From the IMG/VR virus record IMGVR_UViG_3300032007_000001: a DNA stretch of 64,000 nt; one strand, 5' to 3'. A program made the translations under genes and the position numbers. Positions 29,701-40,282 of this stretch are shown here, piece by piece; positions within the stretch are counted from its first letter, which is position 1; each line of letters begins with the position of its first letter. The DNA comes from a virus. Taxonomy: Duplodnaviria > Caudoviricetes. Below the pieces are notes generated by a model. That model saw only the letters and a list, made by a program, of their open reading frames with translations, made no database searches and was not told the DNA's origin.

Positions 29701-31235
29701 ACACTCGCCCCCATTCCTGCAACGTACCATATCGAGTAAGCCGTATAACCTAATATAGTTACTGTCGTTGTCGTTTTGGTTTGCACGCACGGCAAATATA
29801 CACCGCCTAGTGAATATCTACGTGAAGTCAATACCATATACTTATCGTCCGCCATCGCTTTAAGTAAATTTACTGTCACAGTCTGATTGTCTGTTGTAGC
29901 AACCTCTCCTCCTTGCTCAATCCACCCGTCCGCGTACTCACGCCACCAATCGCCCGTCGCGCTGTCGTAGTAGCTATCTACAACAACGTGCGCGAAACGA
30001 GCTTCGCCAGTCGCGTTGAGATTCGACAAACTTCTGTCAGCCTTGTTGGACAAATCGCTTGCGTACTGCGAAATGTCAATCCATGCATTAGTCTGTATTA
30101 CGCCGTCGTAGGCTTTGATGATGTAGTGAATGTCGGAGGAAGCTGCATCGGAAAGGTCGGTATATACATTGGAATCGACACTATCAGAAGAACTTGGGAA
30201 ATTGAACCCACTTCCCGAAGTAGCCGATTGTGAATCAGCGATACCATATGTATTTTTAAACACGTTATAAAAAGAGCCAGATCGAGCTGGAGCAGACGCT
30301 CCAAGCTTAAACGTCATAACGGAATTGTCTTTTCCGTAAACCGATACTGCAATTCCCTTCAAAAATTTCTCGTCCGGCAGATTAAATGTCGTACTTCCAT
30401 CGCCCGGCCCGTAGGTCGTTCCAATAGCCGCAAACAAATCGGGGTACATGGTACGCGATACCGCCGAGCCGTCGCAAGCCAAGAAGCCTGTCGGGGGAGT
30501 CGTTACGTCACCAGCAAATGGGAACAGCGTACCGACAGGGATTCCCGCTGAGCCAGCGTAGGATTCGGCCGCCTGAGCCGCTGCGCGTGCTTGGCTCGCG
30601 GAGGTTGCCGCAGAAGCATCGGATTCAGACGTAGAGGCAACAAACTTGATGATGTAACGGACTGTCAAAGATTTCGGCTGAACGGTATCGCTCGCGCCGT
30701 AAATGAGGTTAGATTCAGAAGCGTCAAATGTTATTGGGTATGCCGTATTACCTCCTGGATTACCAGCTACAGACCCAACTACTGGTGTTGCTGTTGTATC
30801 TATATCAAATGCTCCAGTATGAGTGGTTGGAGCAATTTCTGTATATCCACAATGACCCTGAAATGCCCATTGCAAACTACCCTCAATATTCGGCACGCCC
30901 GCCGCTTTCGCCACGCCTGCCGTGTTCGAACCTTCGAGAAATACGCCATTCGTCAGATCAGGAAGATTAAAAGTAGTACTTCCATCTCCATCGCCATAAG
31001 TAGTTCCAATTACATTAAATAAATCACCATATGTTTCTCTAGATAGAGCACTACCATCACAAAAAAGAAAACATGATGGAGGAGTATTTCCATTATTAAT
31101 GTAAGGAACAATAGTACCGATTGGTATCCCGTTTCCATTAGAACAGCCAATATTTTTTATATCTTCTGATGTTAAATTCTTTACTACTTTGAATTTAGCA
31201 GTTCCATAATTAATTACGTCATTTAGATTTGACAT
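29697..31235 (-). CDS. Tail-fibre protein with two collar domains and a gp53-like C-terminal tip
   Basis: Two P.GT..P....P..FL.CDGSA.SR..Y.DLF..IGTTYG.GDGSTTFNLPD collars; WWREYADGWIEQGG. Confidence 0.85.
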   Translation of the reverse strand: MSNLNDVINYGTAKFKVVKNLTSEDIKNIGCSNGNGIPIGTIVPYINNGNTPPSCFLFCDGSALSRETYGDLFNVIGTTYGDGDGSTTFNLPDLTNGVFLEGSNTAGVAKAAGVPNIEGSLQWAFQGHCGYTEIAPTTHTGAFDIDTTATPVVGSVAGNPGGNTAYPITFDASESNLIYGASDTVQPKSLTVRYIIKFVASTSESDASAATSASQARAAAQAAESYAGSAGIPVGTLFPFAGDVTTPPTGFLACDGSAVSRTMYPDLFAAIGTTYGPGDGSTTFNLPDEKFLKGIAVSVYGKDNSVMTFKLGASAPARSGSFYNVFKNTYGIADSQSATSGSGFNFPSSSDSVDSNVYTDLSDAASSDIHYIIKAYDGVIQTNAWIDISQYASDLSNKADRSLSNLNATGEARFAHVVVDSYYDSATGDWWREYADGWIEQGGEVATTDNQTVTVNLLKAMADDKYMVLTSRRYSLGGVYLPCVQTKTTTTVTILGYTAYSIWYVAGMGASV

Positions 31236-31247
31236 TATATCACCTAT

Positions 31248-32324
31248 TTATAATTTTCCAATTTTCCAAACTTTTACTCTGCAAGGCAGTTGGTTGCCAA
31301 CGTTACCACCAATTCCAAACGATGAACCAGATACTTGCGAAGGAGCAATTAAACAACTATCGTTACCAGTTTGTATAACAATGTTGTTATTATCATGCAT
31401 ATATGTTTTAACACCTCTTGCATAACCAGTACCATTTAATTCAAATGTATACCAACCAGCACTTCCCCATTGATTGTTATATAAGACTTCAACATCACAT
31501 TTTACAATGTAACCAGGAAAAGGATTGGATTCAACGTAACGACTATTAATTGATATATTTACTGGATTTTGTTCTGTTCCATTATTTGGATAAATATAAC
31601 AAAAATCTCTTTCAAGAAAATGGTCTTCACCAGTTTGTGTTAAGTTATTCAATCCTTTTGAAGCTTTATTGTTTAATGTATTTACATATTGTTCAATACT
31701 AATTAAAGTACTATCAACAGTTTGACCATTAAATACTTTTATGATGTATCGTACTGTAACTGATTTCGGTTGAACAGTAGAAGAATTACCATATATAGAA
31801 GAACTTCTAGAAGCATCAAAATCTATTGAATAAACCATTTGAGAATATGACCCACTTGGATTTAATCCTCCAAATGTTTTCCCAGATGAATATCTAAATG
31901 CACCCTCTGAATTATCTAATATATAAAATGGTGCAACATAATTGTTTCCACTTTCTGTTTCTCTTGATACTTTACCTGTAATATTAGGAAGACCAGCGTT
32001 TTTAGAAGTACCAGCAGTTGAACTACCTTCTAAAAATTCTCCGCCAGTTAAGTTAGGAAGATTGAAGGTTGTTTCTCCATTGCCAATCCCATATGTTGTA
32101 CCAATAATAGAAAATAAATCACTATATGTTTTTCTAGATAGAGCGCTTCCATCACAAAAAAGAAAATTATTCGGAAGAGTATTCACATTCCCAATATATG
32201 GAACTATAGTTCCTACAGGAACACTATCTAAATTTAAGTCTTTTATGTTTTCAGTTGTTATGTTTTTTACTACCTTAAATTTGGCAGTACCATACGTTAT
32301 AATATCATCCAAATATGTTGACAT
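31248..32324 (-). CDS. Tail-fibre protein with collar domain and YPNNG...LPCRVKVWK tip
   Basis: Collar motif, AGLPNITG, FDASRSSSIYG.S.TVQP. Confidence 0.85.
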   Translation of the reverse strand: MSTYLDDIITYGTAKFKVVKNITTENIKDLNLDSVPVGTIVPYIGNVNTLPNNFLFCDGSALSRKTYSDLFSIIGTTYGIGNGETTFNLPNLTGGEFLEGSSTAGTSKNAGLPNITGKVSRETESGNNYVAPFYILDNSEGAFRYSSGKTFGGLNPSGSYSQMVYSIDFDASRSSSIYGNSSTVQPKSVTVRYIIKVFNGQTVDSTLISIEQYVNTLNNKASKGLNNLTQTGEDHFLERDFCYIYPNNGTEQNPVNISINSRYVESNPFPGYIVKCDVEVLYNNQWGSAGWYTFELNGTGYARGVKTYMHDNNNIVIQTGNDSCLIAPSQVSGSSFGIGGNVGNQLPCRVKVWKIGKL

Positions 32325-32409
32325 GCTATCACCAAAATCGTTTTAGTTATTCTAAATAAAAATAAAAAAAGCCAAACTAAAATGTTTGGCTCGAGTTTAT
32401 ACATTATTC

Positions 32410-32844
32410 TTAATATCCCATTTCTAAAAGATATTCTTTCTTTTTATACATTTTTGGATTTGAAAGAAATTGATTATATTCATTCTTAAAATCGTATTCT
32501 TGTAAGAATTTGCAAAAGTATGTAGCAGCTTTATCAACGTATAATCTATATAATAATTCTTTTATTTGTTTGTTAAATTTATTTTCATATGAGAACTTAA
32601 ATTTGTAATTATCGTCTTCATCTATAAAAATTTTAATGTTGTTCATATCATATCTGTCATAAAAAATCATTAAAAACAAAGCTGTTGGGTGTTGGTTATT
32701 AAAATTTTTAAATTCAGCATTAATGCCAAAATGATTGAATAAAATCGATTGTTTCATTTTGAATTTATCAATACGAATAATTTCTTCTTCCAATATATTT
32801 ATTAGAAATTTATGTTCAATTTTTTTCTTAAAGATTTCAAACAT
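32410..32844 (-). CDS. Hypothetical protein (ends MGY)
   Basis: ORF. Confidence 0.55.
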   Translation of the reverse strand: MFEIFKKKIEHKFLINILEEEIIRIDKFKMKQSILFNHFGINAEFKNFNNQHPTALFLMIFYDRYDMNNIKIFIDEDDNYKFKFSYENKFNKQIKELLYRLYVDKAATYFCKFLQEYDFKNEYNQFLSNPKMYKKKEYLLEMGY

Positions 32845-32845
32845 A

Positions 32846-33277
32846 TCATAACCCCATGTCAATCATAGACATTGATTGTATTTGTCGTTCATCCATGTTT
32901 TTTAATGATTCATATAATTTCAAATAAGATTTTCCTTCTATAAAGTTTTTTAATGTTTTGACTTCTTCATATGAATATTTATCGCAAACTGAAATAAAAT
33001 TTTTTAAGTCTTTATTGAAGTATTTCATAGATTCATATTGGTCTGGTCTAAAATATGTAGCAGTTGCCAATAAATTATATGTAAAATTGTATTTATTTTT
33101 CTTAAATTCCATTATGACATATATCATAAATCCAATATCTTGATTATTAATTTCAAAACTTAATTCTTTTGTTTTTACATTATAGAACATATCACATTCA
33201 AAATATTTTGGCAAATCAAAAAAGTGTTTTGAATTCAAGATATATAGCAGATTCTTTTGTCTTATGTAATTTATCAT
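32846..33277 (-). CDS. Hypothetical protein (ends MGL)
   Basis: ORF. Confidence 0.6.
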   Translation of the reverse strand: MINYIRQKNLLYILNSKHFFDLPKYFECDMFYNVKTKELSFEINNQDIGFMIYVIMEFKKNKYNFTYNLLATATYFRPDQYESMKYFNKDLKNFISVCDKYSYEEVKTLKNFIEGKSYLKLYESLKNMDERQIQSMSMIDMGL

Positions 33278-33342
33278 AGTCTTGTCCTTATTTTTAATTT
33301 AGTAGTTATTTAATTATATAAAAATCATTAGGAAGTGTACAT

Positions 33343-33831
33343 ATGAATATTGTAAAAAATCGTTTAATGAAATTAGCTTCTATAGAAGAAGTAGAAAAAT
33401 ACATGAGTGACAATGGCTATACAAAAGAGGGTCAACATTATAAACAAGAATTTAAGGGATTAGTTGCCACTCCATATGTATCTGAAGTAACAGAGGCATT
33501 AAAAACGAATGATGTAAAATTTACTATGCAAGTAGACATTCAAAATGCTGGTGAACCAAATGAAGAAATTGATGATTTGAATAAAAGTGTAATCATGCAT
33601 GTTACTCATTTGATTGATGCAAGAGTTAATAAGATACATTATTCTATGGCTATAGAAGATACTTTTAACAACATAAAAGATGCTGTAGAAGAAATTAAAA
33701 AAATCACTAAAAATACTATTGACATCAATTACGCAAAAGATGATATTATTAAGTATATGAAGCAAAAGAAAATGTTAAAAGAAGAAACAATAGATAATTG
33801 CGTCAATGATAATTTCTATGCTTATATATGA
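33343..33831 (+). CDS. Hypothetical protein, RLMKLA N-terminal motif
   Basis: Monocistronic ORF with RBS and terminator. Confidence 0.65.
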   Translation: MNIVKNRLMKLASIEEVEKYMSDNGYTKEGQHYKQEFKGLVATPYVSEVTEALKTNDVKFTMQVDIQNAGEPNEEIDDLNKSVIMHVTHLIDARVNKIHYSMAIEDTFNNIKDAVEEIKKITKNTIDINYAKDDIIKYMKQKKMLKEETIDNCVNDNFYAYI

Positions 33832-33944
33832 TTAAAAGAGACCATATTGGTCTCTTTTTTATTTCTTCATTTCCACTATCATTATTTTTTTCATCATCAA
33901 AATGAAATAAAAAAATGATAGTAAATGAATACTATCACCATTTT

Positions 33945-34340
33945 TTATAATCCGTGTGTTGTTTTTAATATTTTTTTTGTTTGCTCTAAATTTAGATTAT
34001 CAAATATTTCATACCAATGATTGAAATCAATTGCATTAAATATTTCATCAAACAAATCATCATGTGAAAATATTTTTTTTGAATCTATAGGTATATGAAA
34101 AACTCTGCATTTTCTAGTATATCCTTCATTGTAACTATACGTTATTAAAAAATATTTATATTTTTTTGTTATCATTATTTCTTTATGGTCATTATTTAAT
34201 GAACGTATAACACAATCTGTTTTGTTTGAATAAAAATCTCTCCGTATGTAAAAATAAAAGTTTTTTACTAAAAAATCAGAATTTCTTGTTTGTTTTAAGA
34301 AACACAGATTTTGTCGTATAACGATAAAATTATTTGACAT
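33945..34340 (-). CDS. Hypothetical protein (ends HGL)
   Basis: ORF. Confidence 0.55.
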   Translation of the reverse strand: MSNNFIVIRQNLCFLKQTRNSDFLVKNFYFYIRRDFYSNKTDCVIRSLNNDHKEIMITKKYKYFLITYSYNEGYTRKCRVFHIPIDSKKIFSHDDLFDEIFNAIDFNHWYEIFDNLNLEQTKKILKTTHGL

Positions 34341-34343
34341 AAT

Positions 34344-35528
34344 TTATAGTTCCTTGCTAAGAATATCTAATGGATAAATTATTTTTTTATCTTCTATAAA
34401 ATCACTTTGCATTTCTTTTAAGTTAATGATTTGGTCATCGGGGATTTGCCAGTTGCCAGTCATTTTTTTATTTGTCGTATCCCACCAAGACACAAAGTAC
34501 ATTGGCTTATCTACATTAATATCGTTTTCAATATATTTCTTAAAGTCATTTTCTGTTCTTTCTTTTAATTTATCATCCATAATACTGCAACGAATACTTC
34601 CTTGCCAATCGTTGTTTATATTCGTTGTATCAAATCTTTTTACTATCTCCATGGCTTTTTCATTGAAAGTAGCATTAAATGGGCCGGCGCCATGTTTCGT
34701 CAAATATGTTCTTGTACAATACACAGGAATAGTCTTTTCTTTTTCAAGACCATTTCTTAAAATAATATTGATTGGATTAGTAGAGTCAGTTTTTGAAGGT
34801 GTAGTATGTGGATAGGATTCTTCGTTATCTTCATCAAGCAATAATCCCTGTGCATTTTCAAAAATAAAATTATCATAATCCTTAAATAAAGATTTTTCTT
34901 CTTTTATAAGATACACTTTAGGATTATTCAACGATTTATCCAATTCTTCATAAAAGTCATCCATAGCCAAAGCCAAATTTATATCTTTGAATTGTTCAGG
35001 TATTCTTCTATTTATTTCTATCATTGCTTGTTCAAACCCATAAAAGTGTTGAATCAAACTTTTCGTAAATTCTCTTCTTTGCGAAAATGACATTTTTTGC
35101 AGTGTTCCAATACTCATAGGAAGTCTTTGACTTCTTATTTTTGTCGCAAAAATGCCCATGCCGCAAGACCCATGTCTATCTTTTGAACGTATCGTTTCAA
35201 TAAGATGATTCATAAGAATGTCTATTGGTGTAGTGATTCTACATTTTTCATTAATAAAAACGTCTGGAGAATAAGTCTTTGATTTTTTTTCGTATTCATC
35301 ATTAAAAGAGAAAGGATTGAAAATGAATGTATTTGCTAAATACGTAGGAATTGGAGCAGAACACAACGAATGATGTATAAATCCATAACTCGTATGTCCA
35401 GCTTGACAACCGCCATTGTGTTTAATTCCAAGGACGTAGTGGGCTGCAAGATTGTCTTTTATATATCTAACTGCGCGCCCTTTTCCTTCATCACCGTAGT
35501 TACTTCCAATCACTATGTAATTGCTCAT
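34344..35528 (-). CDS. Divergent adenylosuccinate synthetase-like protein
   Basis: G.NYGDEGKG, NGG.QAGHT, HGSCGMGI, FENAQGLLLD, PHTTPS, TRTYLT.HGAGP, TN...WQG..R. Confidence 0.85.
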   Translation of the reverse strand: MSNYIVIGSNYGDEGKGRAVRYIKDNLAAHYVLGIKHNGGCQAGHTSYGFIHHSLCSAPIPTYLANTFIFNPFSFNDEYEKKSKTYSPDVFINEKCRITTPIDILMNHLIETIRSKDRHGSCGMGIFATKIRSQRLPMSIGTLQKMSFSQRREFTKSLIQHFYGFEQAMIEINRRIPEQFKDINLALAMDDFYEELDKSLNNPKVYLIKEEKSLFKDYDNFIFENAQGLLLDEDNEESYPHTTPSKTDSTNPINIILRNGLEKEKTIPVYCTRTYLTKHGAGPFNATFNEKAMEIVKRFDTTNINNDWQGSIRCSIMDDKLKERTENDFKKYIENDINVDKPMYFVSWWDTTNKKMTGNWQIPDDQIINLKEMQSDFIEDKKIIYPLDILSKEL

Positions 35529-35546
35529 TTTCAATCCTTCTTCCAA

Positions 35547-36473
35547 TTAGAATTCTACTAATTCATCATTTTTTTGATTGACATTTGCAATTGATTCTTC
35601 ATTATTTGCTAAATCTTTTACAGTCTTAAGAACAGTTAATGCTGTTGACTTATCATATTTTTCGAGAATATCATCCAATTTTTTGCCCATTTTCAATTCA
35701 AGCGTCGTTTCAATGACTTGCGGAATACGTTTGATATCTGAAATGAACATTGCTCTCTCACCAATTTTTTCCTGCCACGACCTAAGTGATTCTTTTCCCC
35801 AATGTCCATCTGCTACTATATGATAGATATCATAACTTTTTGATACTTCATTGAAGATATCATTAAAGATAATGTCATGGTTTACATCATCTCCAAAAAT
35901 GGCCTTAATATGACGTTGCGGTATGACATCCAAACATGGTTCATCGCCGATAGTATAAATGACGCCTTTTTGATTACGCTTATTCATGCAATCAATGTTT
36001 GTATGCCGTGCAGCAAAATAGTATAACAACAGATAACTTTCTCCATCATTTCCGCCGCCACCACCTTCAAACCAAATTTTATTCAAGCTTTCAGCAATGC
36101 GTATATCACTTTCAAATTGAGAAACCTGAAGCGGTGCAGAATCATAATAAGAATCTCCAATAGCTGCAATCATGATTTGTGGGTCCACAAGAGATTTATT
36201 ATTGTAAATTTCAGTGATAAGAGTATTGAGTGATTCTTTTGCTATTTCTTCAGCAAGATGTCCCATTGACCCAGTTACATCTAATCCAAGAATAATAGCA
36301 TTTGAATTTGGATGTTCATCGCTGTCAAGACTATCTCTCATCTTTACTCCAAGTGGGTCCATTGATTTGTCTAAAGAAGACGAATAAATTTCATCAACTG
36401 TAGACGTACTACTAATACCTCTCGAAGACTTGTAGCTATCCCAAGAACTACTTGACCAAGAACCATAACCCAT
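35547..36473 (-). CDS. vWA-domain protein
   Basis: MG.GSWS N-terminus, LDVTGSM MIDAS, IGD...D..PLQVSQFE, GGGGGN..ESY, IGDEP. Confidence 0.8.
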   Translation of the reverse strand: MGYGSWSSSSWDSYKSSRGISSTSTVDEIYSSSLDKSMDPLGVKMRDSLDSDEHPNSNAIILGLDVTGSMGHLAEEIAKESLNTLITEIYNNKSLVDPQIMIAAIGDSYYDSAPLQVSQFESDIRIAESLNKIWFEGGGGGNDGESYLLLYYFAARHTNIDCMNKRNQKGVIYTIGDEPCLDVIPQRHIKAIFGDDVNHDIIFNDIFNEVSKSYDIYHIVADGHWGKESLRSWQEKIGERAMFISDIKRIPQVIETTLELKMGKKLDDILEKYDKSTALTVLKTVKDLANNEESIANVNQKNDELVEF

Positions 36474-36519
36474 AATAAAATCTCCTTTCTTTTATAAAAA
36501 GAAGCAATAATGCTTCAAG

Positions 36520-36885
36520 TTACCAAGTATTGCTTATGGTTTGAATTTCATTGCTTTTTGGAACGTAATTCTTTTTTGCTTCATTTTCTACTTCATCTAA
36601 ATCTATAAACAAAGCATTATTAAGATTTTTAATGTTTCTTATTGATTCATTAATATTATTTACAATAGTTAAAAATACAATATCTCTAAATTCTTTGTCT
36701 TTATAGCTTACTGATATTATATATCCATCTTCCAGGTTTTCTTTTTCTGTTAGTTTATTATAAAAATCAATGTAGCTAAGGTCTGAAAGCAATCCATCTC
36801 TTGTACCATTACGTTTTAAGAACATAAAATTATTTGTAGCATTTATGTAAATACCTCTATTTTTTGATTGAAGACCAATATCCAT
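36520..36885 (-). CDS. Hypothetical protein
   Basis: ORF with RBS GGAGGA. Confidence 0.6.
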   Translation of the reverse strand: MDIGLQSKNRGIYINATNNFMFLKRNGTRDGLLSDLSYIDFYNKLTEKENLEDGYIISVSYKDKEFRDIVFLTIVNNINESIRNIKNLNNALFIDLDEVENEAKKNYVPKSNEIQTISNTW

Positions 36886-36897
36886 TGTTTTTCCTCC

Positions 36898-37923
36898 TTA
36901 ATCAATGTATGGGTCAACATCATCAATTTTAATGAATTCTCTATTTGGAAAGGTCTTGTCTCTTACTTTTTCCCATTCTTTTAATTCATCCAATAAATCC
37001 ATTTCAACTTCATTTGCTAACATGCCATAGTTTGATGAACCAGTTTTTGTTTGTGTATGCAATAAAAATTCTGTCATATCATATCCGCATATTTTATTCA
37101 ATTGATTAAAAGTGTTTGCTTGCAAAAGATTTCTAATAATAGCTTTTGAACATTCTACATCTGTTAAATAATTTGAAATCTTTTCGTCTTTTATCAATGG
37201 AGGAAGTAGGTTGAAAATTTCTTTTGACGTTCCAATCATTTTTTCTCCAGCTTCAGTACCAAATTGCCAACCTCCATATAAGCATACTCCATGTTTTGCT
37301 AAATTGACATAACAATTATTAATGCATATTCCGTTATGTACAAATCTGCTCATCCAAAACAATACGCAAAGGTTAAGCAAACGCGTAAGTACCCAAGCGG
37401 CATGTTCTTTTTGTTTGAAAATTTCTTTCACTAACATTAATGGATATTCGTCAACTTCTTTTTCCAACACGATATAAAAAATATTGTCAGCCGATTCAAA
37501 ATTGTCTATGATTTTAGGAATGAATTTTTCAAAATATTCTTTTTGACGATTGTCTTTGAAGTCAATATTATTTACAGAATTGATGTAATTATCATAATAT
37601 TTTTTTTGATTAAAAGAGAAAACAATAATTTTATCTCCAGCATAAGCATTTCCGACTTCAGTAGAATACGAATAACGATATTTTAACTGCATTTTTTTGT
37701 TTAACTTGTTTATGATAATAGAATGTTTGCTTTCTCCCCAAGAATTATTTTCAAAATGTTGTTTTGCTTCTTGATAGAACATATTCAACTTAAACATCAA
37801 TTGTTCTGCTTCTTCAGAATGATTGACATCCGGATGATATTCTTTTGCTAAATTCAAATATTCTTTCTTGAAATTCTCTTTTGAAAATATATCGCTATAT
37901 ATCTTAGCTTTTTCAAGATTCAT
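36898..37923 (-). CDS. J-domain fused to degenerate kinase-like domain
   Basis: Y..LAKEYHPD J-domain; W...RL, VHNGI...N, LYGGW; start at ATG 37923. Confidence 0.7.
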   Translation of the reverse strand: MNLEKAKIYSDIFSKENFKKEYLNLAKEYHPDVNHSEEAEQLMFKLNMFYQEAKQHFENNSWGESKHSIIINKLNKKMQLKYRYSYSTEVGNAYAGDKIIVFSFNQKKYYDNYINSVNNIDFKDNRQKEYFEKFIPKIIDNFESADNIFYIVLEKEVDEYPLMLVKEIFKQKEHAAWVLTRLLNLCVLFWMSRFVHNGICINNCYVNLAKHGVCLYGGWQFGTEAGEKMIGTSKEIFNLLPPLIKDEKISNYLTDVECSKAIIRNLLQANTFNQLNKICGYDMTEFLLHTQTKTGSSNYGMLANEVEMDLLDELKEWEKVRDKTFPNREFIKIDDVDPYID

Positions 37924-38019
37924 TCCTTCATCTCCTTTATATAAGAAGTATTCTATATCAATGCAAATAAAAAGTAAATAATGTATTACAAATAATGAAA
38001 AAATGGGCATTATGCCCAT

Positions 38020-38232
38020 TTAACTTAAATAATTAATTACATCTTGTACTGTTATCCAATTTAAGTCATTGTCTTTTATTGTAATATCATATTTTTCTTC
38101 TATGTCCATAGCTATTTCAGCTAAATCCAAAGAATCGAATCCTAAATCATCGATAAGAGAATCTTCATTCTTTATTTCTTCAGCGCTTAATTGGCTATGA
38201 TTGGATAAAAGTTCTTTTATTTCTTGCTCCAT
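38020..38232 (-). CDS. acpP: Acyl carrier protein
   Basis: DLGFDSLDLAEI...IEE.Y.I.I.D......TVQD..NYL; Ser for phosphopantetheine retained. Confidence 0.85.
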   Translation of the reverse strand: MEQEIKELLSNHSQLSAEEIKNEDSLIDDLGFDSLDLAEIAMDIEEKYDITIKDNDLNWITVQDVINYLS

Positions 38233-38250
38233 TTATTTTCACCTATTTCA

Positions 38251-38964
38251 TTACATATGATGTACTTTAAGATTTTCTCTACTTTCTTCTGTTTCTAATT
38301 CTTTGATTTTTTTGTCTATTAATTTTTCATCTTCTTTTGTTAAATGATTGATATATCCATTCTTAAATTTTTTTAATTCATCAATTGAATAAAAATCAAT
38401 ATTTTCCATGAGTTTTTCATGTACTTTATCATTAATAGCTTTTCTTAATTTATCTATTGCTTTATCAGATAATTCAAAACGATTTTCATCTTTGAATTTT
38501 GCAATATCTTCTGGTTCTTTTGCTGTTTGGATTACATTATCAATTTCTTTCTCGTTTTCTTCAACAGCTTTTTGCCATCTTTTATCTTCTTCTATTACTA
38601 TTTGTTCTAAATAGTCCATTCTTTCTTTATAATCTTTTAAGAAAGTATCTTTTGACGATTCATCCAACTTTTCTCCTCTTGGACGAAAACCATGTGCATC
38701 TTTGTAATAATCAGAATAACAATCATAGCAACTAGATACAGTAAAACCATTGTCAATCTTTTCAATGATTTTTGGAGAAGTTACTTCTTCTTTTGACATA
38801 TTAAGTGCTTTTGAAAGAAGTTCTGCATTATCCTTGACCCATTTTTCTGTACTAAAATTTTTATCATATACGTTAGGATAATCATCCCAGCTTATTTTTC
38901 CATGCAAACAAATATACCAATCTGCGTCGGCAAATTTTTGCAATCTTTTTTCAATTATATTCAT
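38251..38964 (-). CDS. Hypothetical protein, KRLQKFA N-terminus; YSDYYKDAHGFRPR motif
   Basis: The SD.YKD..GFRPR motif is recurrent in phage proteins. Confidence 0.65.
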   Translation of the reverse strand: MNIIEKRLQKFADADWYICLHGKISWDDYPNVYDKNFSTEKWVKDNAELLSKALNMSKEEVTSPKIIEKIDNGFTVSSCYDCYSDYYKDAHGFRPRGEKLDESSKDTFLKDYKERMDYLEQIVIEEDKRWQKAVEENEKEIDNVIQTAKEPEDIAKFKDENRFELSDKAIDKLRKAINDKVHEKLMENIDFYSIDELKKFKNGYINHLTKEDEKLIDKKIKELETEESRENLKVHHM

Positions 38965-39120
38965 TATAGTATAACTCCTTGTTACATTCGTTTTTTATAA
39001 AATATTTTATTCAATAGAAAAAATTTAGTTACGATATTTTTTTTTGCATAAAATAAATTTATAAAGGTTTTTAAGCTATTAAATTTTTAGAAAAACATAC
39101 TCTTGTGAGGAATGATATAA

Positions 39121-39882
39121 ATGAGCGAATATAATATTGTACCAAGAACCAATGGTGATGGTAATATTGGTACACCAGCAAAAAAATGGAATGGAATATA
39201 TGCGAATTCAATAAATAAAGAAGCTTTGCCAAATGCAACATCAGAAAACAAGGGTGCTGTCGTAGTTGGTGACAATATAACAGTAAATAATGGAACAATT
39301 TCAATTACAGAAAGCGATGTAGTCGCTGCGCTTGGGTATTATCCAGCAACAAACAACGATATGCTTCAACCTTCTACAACTTATGCTGTTGGTGACCAAG
39401 TATATCATTCAAAATTTCAAAAAGGATTGTTATTAGAATGTATTCAAGCTGGAACTACATCAGCAGAAGAACCAGTGGAACTTGGTCATGCTCCAACATT
39501 GAATAGTAAAATGGTTGAACCTTCTACTACATATGCAGTTGGCGACCAAGTATATAGCAACCAACTTCCTTATGGAATGATGTTAGAATGTGTTCAAGCT
39601 GGGACAACTGATTCAAACGAATTGGATTTAACAGAATATATATTAACATTATCTGGAACAACAAATCAAACAATAACTTTAACATATACAGAACCTGGTG
39701 CAATGGCCGTAACTGTAACCAGCACATCTTCGGACCAAACGTTCTCTGTTCTTACTGGTACAACTTGGACGGCTAGTGTAACTGGTGCAACTGGTTATAC
39801 AGCTGGTGCGTTGTCTGCATCTTCTGGTACAGTGAGTGCAAATACCACGATTAGTGCAGAAGCAGCAACATTGAATAGTTAA
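39121..39882 (+). CDS. Tail-fibre-like modular protein
   Basis: NIVPR..G.G.IG...K.W; duplicated PSTTYAVGDQVY....LEC.QAGTT module; Thr-rich C-terminus. Confidence 0.7.
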   Translation: MSEYNIVPRTNGDGNIGTPAKKWNGIYANSINKEALPNATSENKGAVVVGDNITVNNGTISITESDVVAALGYYPATNNDMLQPSTTYAVGDQVYHSKFQKGLLLECIQAGTTSAEEPVELGHAPTLNSKMVEPSTTYAVGDQVYSNQLPYGMMLECVQAGTTDSNELDLTEYILTLSGTTNQTITLTYTEPGAMAVTVTSTSSDQTFSVLTGTTWTASVTGATGYTAGALSASSGTVSANTTISAEAATLNS

Positions 39883-39922
39883 AAAATAAGGAGCTGTTAT
39901 GCTCCTTTATTTTGGTGATTTT

Positions 39923-40282
39923 ATGAATGTAAAGGAATTATATAATCCGGAATACTTAAAATTTAAGAGTAGATATGAACAAATAAACAACAATGAAAAA
40001 TCTTTATTATGCAAGGATTGTAGATATTATAATGGAGAAATATCTATTGGAAATTTTAAGGCTTATGGTTGTAAATTAACTAATACTATTATTGTTGGTA
40101 CTGGTTGCGACTTAAAAAATAAAGATTTTTCAAATGAAAAAATATGTTATAATTGCAAACATTTTCTTGGTGGAAATGATTGGGGACTATCTTGTAAAAA
40201 AGATTATTATAAATTAGTTGGGTCGTTTGATGAAGCATGCAAAGATTTTTGTTTTGGTGATGATAAATGTCAATCAACTTAA
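39923..40282 (+). CDS. Cys-rich small protein (two C..C..Y/F...C...C units)
   Basis: CKDCRYY...C...C and CYNCKHF...C...C. Confidence 0.6.
   Translation: MNVKELYNPEYLKFKSRYEQINNNEKSLLCKDCRYYNGEISIGNFKAYGCKLTNTIIVGTGCDLKNKDFSNEKICYNCKHFLGGNDWGLSCKKDYYKLVGSFDEACKDFCFGDDKCQST

Noticed and set aside
34344-35528. PurZ / 2-aminoadenine (Z-genome) pathway
   Set aside because: The catalytic motif is GDEGKG with Asp (PurA-type), not the Ser of PurZ, and no clear DatZ/MazZ partner is adjacent.
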